DNA of 63,315 nucleotides, counting the filler, from Intoshia linei (lineage: Eukaryota > Animalia > Orthonectida): NCBI GenBank assembly GCA_001642005.1. It is 6 parts of 6 records of this genome, joined end to end, with 100 filler letters (N's around TTAATTAATTAA, not from the genome) between each part and the next. Parts side by side here need not be neighbours in the genome. Positions count along the whole stretch, not along the records: positions 1 to 8,891 come from LWCA01001416.1; positions 8,992 to 31,297 come from LWCA01000597.1; 4 more parts are not named here. One strand, 5' to 3'. Of the stretch, positions 1 through 12,734 are shown one piece after another. The notes under the pieces were generated by a model that ran no database searches, was not told where the DNA came from, and saw only the letters and a program-made list of their open reading frames with translations. A program made the translations under genes and the position numbers. Position 1 is the first letter of the stretch. Every line of letters begins with the position of its first letter.

Positions 1-285
1 TGATTTAGTTTGTAGTTTTAATTTCGATTTCATAAATCTTTCACTTTTCTCATTTTCGTTGGAATTAATGTTCTAATTCTTAAAATCATCTCATTTCTTC
101 TTTATGAGTTATTAAAAATTTCGCTTTAAATGTTTTTCTATAAAATATTTCAATGACTTATCAAATAGAAAAAACTTATGTACTTCGTACAAACAGCACC
201 TAGCTCTCCATTAATCAGTCAATTTTTGAAAATAATATTCATGAGACTACAATCTATCTTGAAAATATATATAAAATTTGTTTTT

Positions 286-503
286 TTAAAAAATAAAATA
301 GTAGATAAAGACTGGTTTATTTTTATTATCTACTAATGAAACATGACTATTAGTTACTGTGAGCGATATATTGTTCAAAACTTTAGAGGCAATGCCCCCA
401 GTGTTTTTTAACAGTTGAGAGGTAAGATTGGGTGCAAATTGAATATTTTCAAAATGTTCATATGTTGGAAGAGCGCAATTTTTATATAAAAATTCGTTCA
501 CAC
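286..503 (-). CDS. possible exon of an unidentified gene
   Basis: Open frame (VNEFLYKNCALPTYEHF...) directly after an AG acceptor-like site; no recognisable motif. Confidence 0.2.
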
Positions 504-1237
504 CCCTAATATATACACTAAGATTTTATTGTATATATTTTATTTTTCTTGTTTCAATATTCCTGCCTTTCTCAAATTTTCAATTTTATTTATACATTTT
601 TCAATAGTACATCTATCTATCATGTATAAGTATATTTTTTAAATAAATGCATTTTTTTTGAAGTATCGCATCAACGTATCATTATCCACTTACTAAATCT
701 GATTAAATACCATCATGGTTCAATTAAAAAGAATTTTACCATTACTCTTAGTTTTTAGGGCACCGCCGCTTTTGCGCACTTTTGAAAAAAGATACCCAAA
801 ACGGGGTTATACTCTATTTAAAACTTGAAAAGTTCAAAAAATATAAAAAAATAAATTTTTTTTATAAATTTAGCCTTAACCCTTTGAGGAATATTTGTTA
901 TTTTAAAATGAAATGTGTTTATTTAAAATGGATCCTCAAAAAGTTAAAAGATGTTCAACACGTACCTGTGCACTCAAAAATTATTTTATAACGTAAATAC
1001 TCGTGTGGGGTACAAAAAGACCAATAATATGAAATGTGGTTCAGTGCTTTTTGACGGTGAACACGTCACTGTGAGATTGAAATTTTTTGTGTATTAACTA
1101 ATATATCTTATGAGCTGTATTTTTTTTATATTCTAGGACTTTTAACTTTTTGAATTAAATGATAATACTCACATACATTGAATTGTATACAAGAAAAGGA
1201 TATAATAAATATGTAATAATGTAAAATAAATAAATTA

Positions 1238-2841
1238 CTTTAACGACTGATCCAACAATTTTTGTCGCCCAATCATCAATAATATGACTATATGTAGCAC
1301 TGAGTAGCATATAGTTTATTAAATCATTTTTTACTTGTTCTTGAATTTTATTCAACTAAAAAATTATCAATATACAAATTTGAATCGAGAAAAAAAACCT
1401 TAAATATTAATAAATAAATAAAATTTATAAAAATATACCGCAACAAGGTTAGCATTTGATGAATCAATATTCTCAAATAATTTATCACATTCATCAATAA
1501 TTATCCAACAAATTCGACTATACCATTTTTTACAATCTAGATGTAATGCAAACCTTGCAGGTGTTGAAATTATAACGTCTAAACGAGTCAGTATATATAA
1601 ACGTACAATAAATTTTTCAATTAATATATATTAAAACAAACAAACAATCATTATAATATTAATAATAAATATCAACAGCAAAGTTAAATCACAAAAAGTA
1701 CCAAATTTTCGAAATTTTTCCTTTTTTGGTAATTTATCGAGACAAGCAAGTTTAATTTTCAAATCTTCACTCAATAGAATAAATTGTTGATAAATCTAAA
1801 ATAATTAAACTGATTTAATTAATTAGTTTTCGTAGATGCCTTGATTTAGTTTTTGCATTAAATTTTTATTTTTTAATGAAATACTTTGACAATCATGTAT
1901 AAATAAATGTTAATTTGCGTTTAAGACTGTGAAGATGGATATATTTCTAATAAAAAAAAGTCCTAAAATTACTATTTAAAAACACTAGCGCTTACTTTTC
2001 TAAATAAACCGCTACAAAGAAACACACATAAATTAACTTTTATATCAGCTAAAATTTTGCGCACTGACAACTCTGAGACATTTTACCCAGCTTAAAAATT
2101 ACAGAATTACACAACACTTACAAATGTTAACCAATTTGATTACAAATAACAATTAAACCTTGACAGTAACTATAAAACATTTATTATGAATACGTGGAAA
2201 TAGAAAAAACCATCGAAACATTATAAATTAAATATATGCACAAATTCAATATCAATTTTTGAAACAATTATTATGTTAATAAATCAATAAATGAGTAATA
2301 TTTTGTATAATATCTCAGCTTATATAATTTCATAAATTACTTGATATGACAATTCACGAGTCGGTACAAATATGAGAGCAAATGGTGAAGTATATGTATA
2401 ATTTGAGTGAATATCTTGTTTGCTATTCAAACACATTTTTATAATTGGAATAGCATACGATGCTGTTTTTCCACTTCCAGTAGGAGCAGTTAATAGCACG
2501 TTTTTTTCTTCTAAATGATTCCATAATTTTAAAAATAAATCTGAAGTAACATTACCCATTAAAAGTGGGATAGCTTGCATTTGTGAAGGTGTAGGTAAAG
2601 TATAATTTAAACTGGTAATATTTTTCTGTAACTGAGAATTAAATTGAAATTTTTTAAAAATTTCATTAAAATTATCAATGGGACTAATTAAATCAAAATC
2701 ATTTTCAACAAAAATTTTGTACTTTTTACGTACAACTGTAGCACCATCTTGACTTTTAGATTCAAGTTTAATTGGTTTTGATTCAATTATTAAATTTTTT
2801 CGTGTTTTGATACCTATCGTCAATTTTTGAATTACACTCAT
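1238..2841 (-). CDS. DDX52: DEAD-box RNA helicase DDX52/ROK1-like, N-terminal RecA domain exons (3' part not found in window)
   Basis: Spliced exons read RKKYKIFVEN..PTPSQMQAIPLLM (Q motif), APTGSGKT (I), PTRELSYQ (Ia), IYQQFILLSE (~1701-1795), VIISTPAR..IIIDECDKLFE (Ib/II, ~1440-1578) and LLSATY (III, ~1238-1355). The pre-Q segment and DExDKLFE resemble DDX52/Rok1. A 45-nt intron lies at 2511-2555. Confidence 0.8.
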
Positions 2842-3125
2842 TTAATAAAAGATAACTTTATTTTATTTATTATAGATTATTTTATAAACGTAACTTTATT
2901 TATGATTAAAATACTTTTTGATATTACTTTACTTTATGATAAATTTTTAATTATAATAAATAATTGTAATAACCATGGAACACATGAGAATGAACTATAG
3001 AAACACAAGTTTAATGTGGCGTGTTTATTTCGAAAGTATTTTTAATGATAGAAAGTCCGTGTTAATGAAATTTACAATTTAAAATATTTTAATTTTATTC
3101 TCAATTATACTTATTTATTATCATC

Positions 3126-5029
3126 ATGATTCTTTACACTCTGTTATTGTTAGGTATTATTGAAATTGCTCATTTTGTTATGGTTCTCATTTGGTCACCA
3201 GGTATGATCAATTTTACTAGATTTTAAATTTTAGTATTTAAACAAATAAAAATTAGCGAAACAGAACTCATATTTCAAATTATTGAACCTAGAAAATATC
3301 ATTCTTCTATACCCATATTACCGGGATTGGATTTTGGGAAAATTGAACCGGTTTGATATGGTTTAATTAATATTTTATTTTTTAGGAAAATACTAATCAA
3401 CTTTTACTTGCTTATCCAATTACTCTTTGTAGTGATATTACTGATGTCACAGATGAATATAAAAATTCCTACATTTTGGCTAAACGCGGGTATTTTTAAT
3501 TTGTATTGTATATTATGGCATTTTAATAAGGCGGTAGATTCTGGAAATGTGAGTCTGAGTAATGCTCTTATCCAGTGCTTCTCATGGGGGTGACTGCACC
3601 CCAAGGGGTGAATAGTTTTATTCGGGTGTCAATACTAAAATTTTAGATGATTGTGGGTGAATAGGGGTGGATGATAAATTTTAAACATATTTTATTTAAT
3701 TCAGTCAAATATGTGAAAAAACCAAAATTTTACCAACCCTTAAGGGAAAAATCCAATTTTACCAAACTTTTAGATAAAAAATTCCTCTATCAGATCCCAA
3801 AAGAAAAAACTATTTTACCAACCCTTAAGGAAATAATCTCCTTTTACCAATATTTTTTTGAAAAATTTTATCAAAATTTGATATAGAAATCTCTCTATCT
3901 GATTCCAACAAAAAAAAGATCAAATTTAGATGTTTTGTGTACAAAATTGACTTAACCCTTTCATACATTCAGTTTAAATAAATTTTAAATTCAATTTTTT
4001 TTAAAGTTGCTCAAATAATTGATATTCTTATCAATAAATAAATTATTGCAATCACAATCACTATATTCTTTTATTTCTGAATTATAGTGGTATCTACAAC
4101 GTAGATTTAAACATGTTTACTCTCATGAAAATATTGAAAATACCATGCATTATTTATGATTCCTGAAACAAACAATAAAAATTTAAAATGACGTGATGTG
4201 TACTTAAATTTAATTAATTCATGACATTTTATAGGTGCAAACTGTGTATTACTACATAATTATGACATGTCATAATAATTGTTATATTGGAGATGAATAG
4301 AACAAAAATATGTGTCACAGGGGGTGAATGCTCAAAAAAGTTTGAGAAGCACTGCTCTAATCACTAGTGATGATGTTTTCTGAGTATACGTTTAAAATTT
4401 TTTAATATTTTGCGTCTATAAATTGTAATTATCCTATCAGCTTTTTAAAATAATTAATCTTTTATTTATTTTTTACAAACGGAATTTTGTATTTTTCCAA
4501 CAGTTTTGTGGAGATTGACAAGTTTATATAATATCTTATAAAGCTTTTTTTATGTTTGTGTTGGATTATATTGTAAAAAAATTATGGAAATAATGTTACG
4601 AATCCGAACCTTTACTGAAACTGGCCAACTCTAGTTTCAATAATATTATATATACTTTTTTTGTCTATTTAATTATTTTTAAGTTATTGTACTTTTTTGG
4701 AAAAGGCAATCAATGCTGAAAAACTTAAAGCAAATGGTGTTATAATTTTTGATTCTGAACGAAGAACTGAATTGATACACATGGGAGCAGATCATAACGA
4801 CACCAAAGTCAATATAGGTGTTTTCTTTATGGATGGAAATTCCGGGTCTATTTAATTTATTTTTTATTTTTATTGAACATTACTAATTGGATCTATTTAT
4901 TTTAAATTATTTAGATACATTTTACACGAATTAATGGCAAACAAATCCATTCACATTGTTATTCGAATACCTGTAAATATATCAAACACTGATATTCCAG
5001 TAACATTTTCACCGCATGTATTAGGGTGA
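3126..5029 (+). CDS. PRADC1: Protease-associated (PA) domain-containing protein 1
   Basis: Exons 3126-3201, 3235-3350, 3386-3489, 4684-~4846 and ~4916-5029 splice in frame: hydrophobic leader MILYTLLLLGII, LIFQIIEP..PGLDFG, LLAYPITLCS..YILAKRGYCTFLEKA..GVIIFD, IVIRIPVNIS. This parallels PRADC1 (LYFQVLSP..AKDFG, LVERGGCSFLSK, IISIPVNVT). Confidence 0.85.
3573..4354. mobile_element. non-autonomous hAT-type element in PRADC1 intron 3
   Basis: TIR CAGTGCTTCTCA...TGAGAAGCACTG; 8-bp TSD ctcttatc/ctctaatc (1 mismatch). Confidence 0.8.
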
Positions 5030-5972
5030 TTTAAAATTTTATCAAATAAAAATTAGCTTGCATTTATAAGTATGATCTGGACATCTGCAATTCTTAGTAT
5101 TTAACTATACTCAAGTGTTAATTTATTCACCCCTTCACCCACCTAGTGATTGTGCCGGGGAAAAAACCGGGACAAAATTCCTGGGATTTCCTGAAAAACA
5201 TGTACTATAATACATAATACATATATAACCTGAAAAACATACCTGTATTTGATTTATGTTTGTTATTATTATGAAAATATGATTATATAATATTTAAAAA
5301 ATACCATTTCAAAAATGTCCACTAATAAAATTTAATCAAAAATACCATTTCAAGCCCTCATGAAAAAAATGACTTACACCGATATTCTTTTCAAAAATCC
5401 AATTTCACGAAATCTTGTGAAAAAAATACACTTCAAACCACAAATAAAAAATCTAATTTTCCAGTTCGTAATGGAAAAATATCATTTTTCCAATACTTTT
5501 TTTAAAAACTCTCTCTAAATACTCTAAGAATTATACTCTTTTTAATATTATTATGAGTTGTTATGAAATAGAACGCTATCATCAAGATTGTTAAAATTAA
5601 AGGAAACCCTTATGACCGTTTAACCTACGTCAACACAAAATGAAGAAATTTCTTTACTGCTTCTAATTTCGTTACAAAACGTAGAACGCGTTTAAAAGAC
5701 GAATCTATCAATATTATGTGTTTTGAAACACTTTCAACAATCTAAAATAACTTTTTTTTCTAATTAAATTTGTAAATTTCAGTCTAATAATGAAATAAAA
5801 TTTATTTTTGTTTCTAGGATTAATTAAGGTCTTTAAAATTTTAATGCTTTTATATTATATATGAATAAAAAATTTTTATTTTTCCCGGGAAATTAAAAAT
5901 TAAATTTCCCCGTTCTCAACTTTTGTCATTTCCCAAACACTGAAAAATGTATGTTAAAATATATATGATTGT

Positions 5973-6541
5973 TAGGGTTCAACATTTTAGTGTGAATCTG
6001 TTTAATCATTAAATGAATCTATATATAATAAAGTTAAAGTTTGTGTCAATTCGGGCGACGGTATGTCAGGATTAAAAGGATTTTGAAAATTTTTTGCTTT
6101 TCATTTGCATTTGTAAAACATATTTTCTATGGTTCTGTGTCGTTTTAAGATCAACCTGACATACTTCACAAAACGGAATTGTTTTTTGTTGTAAAAAATA
6201 ATCAACTGAATTTACAAGGGAACCAGGTGAGGATGTTTTCGTAATTTTTTATACTTAAGTTTTACCCATTTCAATATGGTTTAAAATGTATTGATATTTG
6301 AGATAGTAAAATCTATTTTTTGTCTTGTAAATATTTAACAGTTTACTGTCCAGCGTTCCATTAATTGAACACTTATTTAATTATTCATAGCCTTTTAATA
6401 CATGTTATACGAAATTTAAATTATCAACAGTTCTTAGTTTTATATTTTTAATTGATATTATAAAATAATTGGGTGTTTTAGTAACATCATTATTGTGTAA
6501 TTGAAGTATTAAATAGATTCACACTAAAACTTTGAACCCTA
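5973..6541. mobile_element. hAT-like MITE
   Basis: ~33-bp TIR TAGGGTTCAAcaTTTTAGTGTGAATCTgTTTAAT and its inverse; flanks atgattgt/atcattat (6/8). Confidence 0.7.
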
Positions 6542-6632
6542 ATCATTATACTCAGTTCAGAGAGCAGGTAGTTTCTATCAGATTTTTGTTTAAGATTGTC
6601 TTCGAAAGTTGTTCCACTTTTAAAATGTGAAC

Positions 6633-7157
6633 GGTTAATTATTTCACATTTTTTGTTTTAATAAAATATTAATACTAGAATGCTTTTTTAATCTTTCACT
6701 TATTTAGATTGAAATTTTTTAAATTCTAGGGCTGTTTTTATTAATAAAAAGGGTAATTTGGGGTTTTGGCCTTGAAGATATATTTTTTTTAAATTTTCAA
6801 ACTTTTTTTCAAAAAAAAGACAATTGGGCCTTTATCACCCGTAAGATGTGAGTTTTGGAGGTTGAAATTTATTATGCTAACACCCCCGTAAAAAAACTAT
6901 AATTGAAGTGTGGACTTTATTAAAATTCTTTACACAAATATTAACAAAACAAAATTAAGATGAAAAAATTCACTTTAAAGTAAAAATTAATGTAATATGA
7001 CGGTTCCATCTGAAACAAGTTTGGGAACCACTCCTTTAAAGGATTGATAATAGTCAATAGTAGGATTTTTAACGTGAATTTATTTTTTTAATATAATAAA
7101 AATGTGCATCGGTAGAGCTAGGTGCTGTTTGTACGTAGTACATAACAATCAACCTAA
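6633..7157. mobile_element. Helitron-family fragments in opposite orientations
   Basis: 6633-~6920 matches the repeat body seen at 31398-32057; ~6920-7157 is the 3' part on the + strand with the hairpin ctgtttgtacgtagtacataac. Confidence 0.65.
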
Positions 7158-7762
7158 TAATATAATAATACACTAATCCAAATACTTTATTATACAAATT
7201 ATTCTACATAGGTTAATTGATTTTTTATATTTTCACGGGTTTTTACAAGTCTATCCATTGCAATGTTGTATTGTTCTAAATTCGTCAATTTTATAATTTG
7301 TAATACAGTCATTAATACACAGTAATACACGGTTTGGAGAAAAACTTTTTAAAATATAATTTCTACATTTTAATAGTAATGTATAATGATTAATTTTAAA
7401 TTATGTTTATTTATTATTTTAATCATATTCCACAATTGTTTGGTATTTATTAAAAAAAATTTGTAATAGCTAAGATTTTGAATAAATAGCTTAAAATGTA
7501 TAATTTCTAAATAATTTACTTCGGCTATATTATATGGTCTAAATATTTTCAAGATTAACTTGGAATAATTTAATTTGTTCAGAAATTATTGACATGAAAT
7601 ATATTTTATTAACTAATATAAATACACCAATTAAGATAATATAACATTTTATTTTTAACCACATTTTCAATATTGTTATTAAACTGTACGCCAAAACCAA
7701 TTTGGATAAATAGTTAACACTGTTAACTTAACAGTAATTATAAATTACGTATATACTAACAG

Positions 7763-8028
7763 CAGAACCGTCGAGAAGGGCTAAGGCTATATGGCCCAGG
7801 ACTACAATCATGGGGCCTAATATTTTAATTTATAACTACGTAATGTTGGAAAATTATAGTCACCAATGCGATTTGCAGCTGTTATTCTCAATTTTTAGGC
7901 AATACATGATCGATAAAAAAATTATTAGTATATGATACATTGTATAGACGTCCCAATTTAAAACAATTTTATATAAGGCCTACAATTTCCATCTGGACCT
8001 GGCCTACTGTTGGCTATACACGGCCTTG
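7763..8028. mobile_element. hAT-like MITE, same family as 18674-18911, inverted
   Basis: Shares atttccat..ggcctact and ggggccta blocks with 18674-18911 in reverse; flanks actaacag/acgaccag (6/8). Confidence 0.55.
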
Positions 8029-8425
8029 ACGACCAGTACAATCCAAATAAAATAATATTTTTACCAATTATCATATCCAAAATGTTTTCATTTTTAAGTC
8101 TAAATTTAATATTAATATTTGATAATAAACACACACTCATAATCTATTGTTTCAATAACACGGGTATGGTCGTATTTTATTGCACTCTTTTCAATGATAT
8201 TGCTAAAAAACAAATTAAAAATGCATGTACTAAATGTTGTAATAAATAAATTATTATATTATAGTTATTATTTATAGTTTGTTATAATAAACTACACTAA
8301 TGTAGCTTGACTGTTACTTACTCTGTACAATAAGTATCTACCTCTACACGCAAATAAATAATACTGAATACTGAAATGCTTCTTTATAAGTCAAGATGTT
8401 AATTTTAAATATACTACCTGCACTA

Positions 8426-8702
8426 CTGTCTTTTCTCGATTATAAGCAGACTCCTGAAATACAAATTTTTAGTGAAATTTTTAACTAAATAAAATTTGAA
8501 TATAAGCAGTTTCTGCTTGTATTCTAAATAAAAAACTTTAAACAAAAAATACACAACATATCAATTTATTTCTAAAAAATAACTTTCTTCATACAATAGA
8601 ATGTCTAATTTATAAGTTTATACTAATAAGAAAGAAACTTTTAGTGCATTTTTCCTTTTACTGTCGAATATAAGAAGACTTCTTATAATCGAGAAAAGAC
8701 AG
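8426..8702. mobile_element. Tc1/mariner superfamily (pogo/Tc2-like) MITE
   Basis: Perfect 21-bp TIR CTGTCTTTTCTCGATTATAAG flanked by TA on both sides. Confidence 0.85.
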
Positions 8703-8891
8703 TAGGGGTGTGAATTTTTTCATTTTTTTGCTAAAATACAAAAGTGGCACCCTATAGGTGGAAGATGAGGTTGAATGATACACAATTATATAAAAAGCAT
8801 TAAAAAACATCCTGGGGCAAAGCACTTCAAAATATGAATAATTAGCAAAATTTAATTTATTTTGTATAGTAAATTTCATAGTAATAATTAT

Positions 8892-8991
8892 NNNNNNNNN
8901 NNNNNNNNNNNNNNNNNNNNNNNNNNNNNNNNNNNTTAATTAATTAANNNNNNNNNNNNNNNNNNNNNNNNNNNNNNNNNNNNNNNNNNNN
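8892..8991. other. artificial assembly spacer N44-TTAATTAATTAA-N44
   Basis: 100 bp; the 12-mer gives stops in all six frames; identical spacers at 31298, 35437, 51196 and 62069. Confidence 0.9.
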
Positions 8992-9540
8992 CGCCGATTT
9001 ATCAGGGTAAATCGTATAAAAACATTAAAAGATTGGCCCGCGCAAAGCCCAGATCTAAATATTATTGAACATATGTGGAAAATGTTGAAAGATAAAATTT
9101 ATAACCTACATCCAACCAATTTAGAAGAACTGTGGAGATTTATACAGGAAGAATGGGACCCCGTACCTCTAGAAACTATTCAAGGTTTGTATGCCTCATT
9201 GCCCAGAAGAATTGCATCAGTTATACAAAATAAAGGATGGAATACTAGATAGTAGTAATTTTATATATATTTATCTAATATTTTCATCTTATTAACATAA
9301 TTAATTATATTATTTTATAGGTGCCTAAGACTTATATCGCTCGGAATTTTGCAATTTTAATTAAAAATACCTATATTTCATTAATTATTAAAAAAAGTTT
9401 ATAGTTTTTACTTTTTTAGGGTTGTTAAATATTTGTTCTTGATAATACACTGGATATGATATAAGAAAATGTCTTAAATAATGAACCAGGAGTGTTTAAA
9501 TTAATTACAATAAGGTGCCTAAGACTTATGTCGCGCACTG
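8992..9540 (+). mobile_element. Tc1-family transposon 3' end (transposase C-terminus 8992-9252 plus IR/DR-type terminal repeat)
   Basis: Frame reads DWPAQSPDLNIIEHMW..LWRFIQEEW..YASLPRRIASVIQNKGWNTR* (SPDLNxIE motif of DD34E enzymes). It ends ..CACTG|TA. A 22-bp direct repeat aggtgcctaagacttat(a/g)tcgc occurs at 9319 and 9513. Confidence 0.9.
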
Positions 9541-10145
9541 TATAGTAGTATTAAAATAATTAACTTTTTTATGAATATAAAGTACATGTTAATTTTTTTA
9601 AAGCAGCGGTTCTCAATCTTTCACAGCGCATGGCCCCTTTAGCTATTTTATTCGTGGTTGAGATTAGAGCTGAGTCGATTCAAATGAAACTTTTTGCCGG
9701 CGTCAATATTCTAATGGCACCTTAAGAAGTCTGGTATAGTATATAATGGATTTATTAAACCTTTTATAGAAATATTTATGAGCTGACTTCTATCAAAAAC
9801 ATTGGTTCCGAGTCGGTTTCAATCCTTATTCTTGGCCCCTTTTTGTAAATTAATTTTTATTTTACTACTGTTAAATTAAACTTTAATTTCTACTGTTGCT
9901 CCCCAAATGTTTCATGTCAGCTCATTATCAATTTTATACAAAATTTTATTGATAAAACAAAATCTTAAATTTAAAATAGACGAAAATAATCGTTATACGT
10001 GTAATGTAAATGGGATTAATTTATAGGAAAACTTTAGGGTTTATATGCCAAAAATTTTCAACATTATTAGTTAAACATTTTAAATCTTAAAAAGGTTCCA
10101 CTTGTTTTAAATCAACAACCATTGTATATTTATTCATTATTTTAG

Positions 10146-10947
10146 AATGCTGATTGTGACTATAACTTTGAAAATGAAAATATTTTTTTTGAAAAAATTG
10201 TTTTATCTATTATAAAAAAAAGATTCAAAATTTTTGACAAAATCAAGGTACAATGTATACTATACAGTTAGTTCTTAAATTTCTATCATTCCATAATTTT
10301 AAAATTGAACCTGTAAGATTATTGAATATAATAATCAGACCCGAACCTACCAAGCTCGAGGTCATCCGACAATGAAAAATAGGCCCTAAAACATTACTCA
10401 ATTTGGAATTTTTAAACCAAAACTTAACAAATATTTTTCTTATTTGTGTTAATAATTTCTAAAATATTTATCGGAAATCTCCGGATGATGCGACTTTTGA
10501 GAACTGACTGGAAATGAAATAAATATGTTAAAAATGCAATGTAATAAAATGACTTATTGTATACTTTATCACTCGTTTGCTGGTTACATAAATTTATTTA
10601 TGATAATTTATTTGTTTATTTTATGATTTTTTTAAATGTAAATATTGAAGATTATGCACTCTTGGTCAAAACTACATGGTCATAATTATCAAGACGAAGG
10701 TTTGATTGTTGGACAACATCCAATATTTCTGTCAATGATATTTAACAACAGCGGAAACCAATTATTGGATTTTTCTTTGGGTCCGTCTATGGCACACTAT
10801 CTTGCGGATCAATTTAGAAGTATAAAAAAAACAACTTTCATCAAAGAAATCAACAATTTTAAATACCACAGATTTTTGAAACCTAAAGAAACACTTAATC
10901 TAGATACTAGCGAAAATGAACTGATGAAATCAGTTAATGAAAAATAA
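10146..10947 (+). CDS. FOXRED1: FAD-dependent oxidoreductase FOXRED1-like, 3' exons (divergent; 5' end not resolved)
   Basis: Exons 10146-10247 and 10651-10947: FFEKIVLSIIKKRFKIFDKIKIMHSWSKLHGHNYQDEGLIVGQHP..FKYHRF aligns by eye to FOXRED1 [51 protein letters not shown]. Confidence 0.6.
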
Positions 10948-10973
10948 AATTTTTTACTAACAATATTTATACA

Positions 10974-12734
10974 TTATAATAATTTAGCTATTGTATTGAG
11001 CATTATATTACTTGTTCCTTCATAAATTGTTCCTACATTCTATTTAAATTGTGTAATATACTTTTTTACCAACTTTACAATCACGATAAAATTTTTCAAC
11101 CGGGTAATCCTTTGTAAAGCCAACCCCACCCATTAAATCTATACATTTACTTGTTATTCGATTGGCTGTCTATATTTAATATTTTAATGTAAATAAATAA
11201 AAAACCTCACTAGCTGTTAATTTGGCCATGGCGCTTAATTTTGAAATATTTTGATTGTTTTCTAATGCTCGAGCGCACGTGTATACCATTATTCGAGCAG
11301 CTTCTAAATCAGTGTACATTATGGCCATATCGTGACGCACTGCCTAATTGAGTTTCAAAATTATCAAATTTAGTTACTTGAAAATCCCAAATGGCAGTGT
11401 TAAATTGTTTCCTTTCTTTTAAATATTCTAAGGTGTGATCGAGAGCAGAATTGGCTGCACCAACCATCTTAAATGTGAGATTTTATCAAAATATAATTTA
11501 CTTGGGCACCAATTCCAATTCTTCCTACCTCCAATGTTGTTATCGCGTGCTTATAACCCTCTCCCAGTTTCCCAATTAAATTTTCTTTTAGTAGCTAACA
11601 TTTCGCTCAATACATTTCAATAATATATACCTCAACATTTTCAAAAACGACTGGACAAGTGGATGATGCTATCAGCCCCAATTTATCTTCAGGTTTCCCC
11701 ACATATACCCCTGGGGTATCTGAATCGATTATAAATGTGGATATGCCTTTGTAGCCCTAAATGTTACGTTTGTTATACAATAGTTAAACCCCTAATAACC
11801 AACAGATTATCTTATGGTTTTAACTAAAATATAAATTATAGTTACTATATACGTGAGACCGGTAATTTATTTTCAAAATTAGTTAAATTTATTCTTTTTA
11901 ACGTTCTATATTAAATGCCACTCTCAATATGAACAAATACAGTGTATACTGTAGTCTAAAATGGTTCGTTAGCATTCAATAACGAATGGGCGCCAATCTT
12001 AACCAGTTCATTGTTAAAGGGTTGATTGAATATGCAAATTACCTTTTCAGGATTTGCATTAGCAAGAACGAGAAAATAACCAGCCTCTTTAGAATTACTA
12101 ATCCATAATTTTGAACCATTAATAACAAAACCATTTTTGGAAGGCTTAGCAATGGTTTTGAGAGAAAAAGCATCAGAACCAGAAGACTCTTCAGATAAAC
12201 AAAAGGAAATTATCTATAGTTATATGTATAATTAATGTATTATCAATATTTACGTCTGATTGAACAGCAGCTTTTAAATATTTATCTTTCTGTTTTTTTG
12301 ATGCGTACTTATCAATTAATCTGTTACTCAAAGTGTTCTGTATGTCTACCAAAAGACTCGTACAAGGATCTACACGGGCTAACTCCTCAATAATTATAAT
12401 AGAAGCAGTGAATGACATATTTGAACCACCATATTCTTCTGAAACTTCAATCCCCATAAACTATTCATTAAATCATTAATTACATTTCTTACCCCTTGTT
12501 CAAATAATTTTTTAATAATTGAAAGTTCCATCTTTTTGTTCTTTTCCATTGTTGGAACTTTGGGTTTAATCACATTAATTGCAAATTTTTTAACTAAATT
12601 TTAAACATTTCAGATTCAAATAGTCGTATATAACCATTTTCGCGAATTTCCAGTTCCTGAGGGCTAAAAGAAAAATCCATACAAGAATAGAAACGGGAAA
12701 CATGAGATTTTATTAACTTTCTGATTGTAAACAT
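10974..12734 (-). CDS. ACADSB: short/branched-chain acyl-CoA dehydrogenase, mitochondrial
   Basis: Multi-exon gene: [15 protein letters not shown] leader, [126 protein letters not shown]. Confidence 0.92.
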
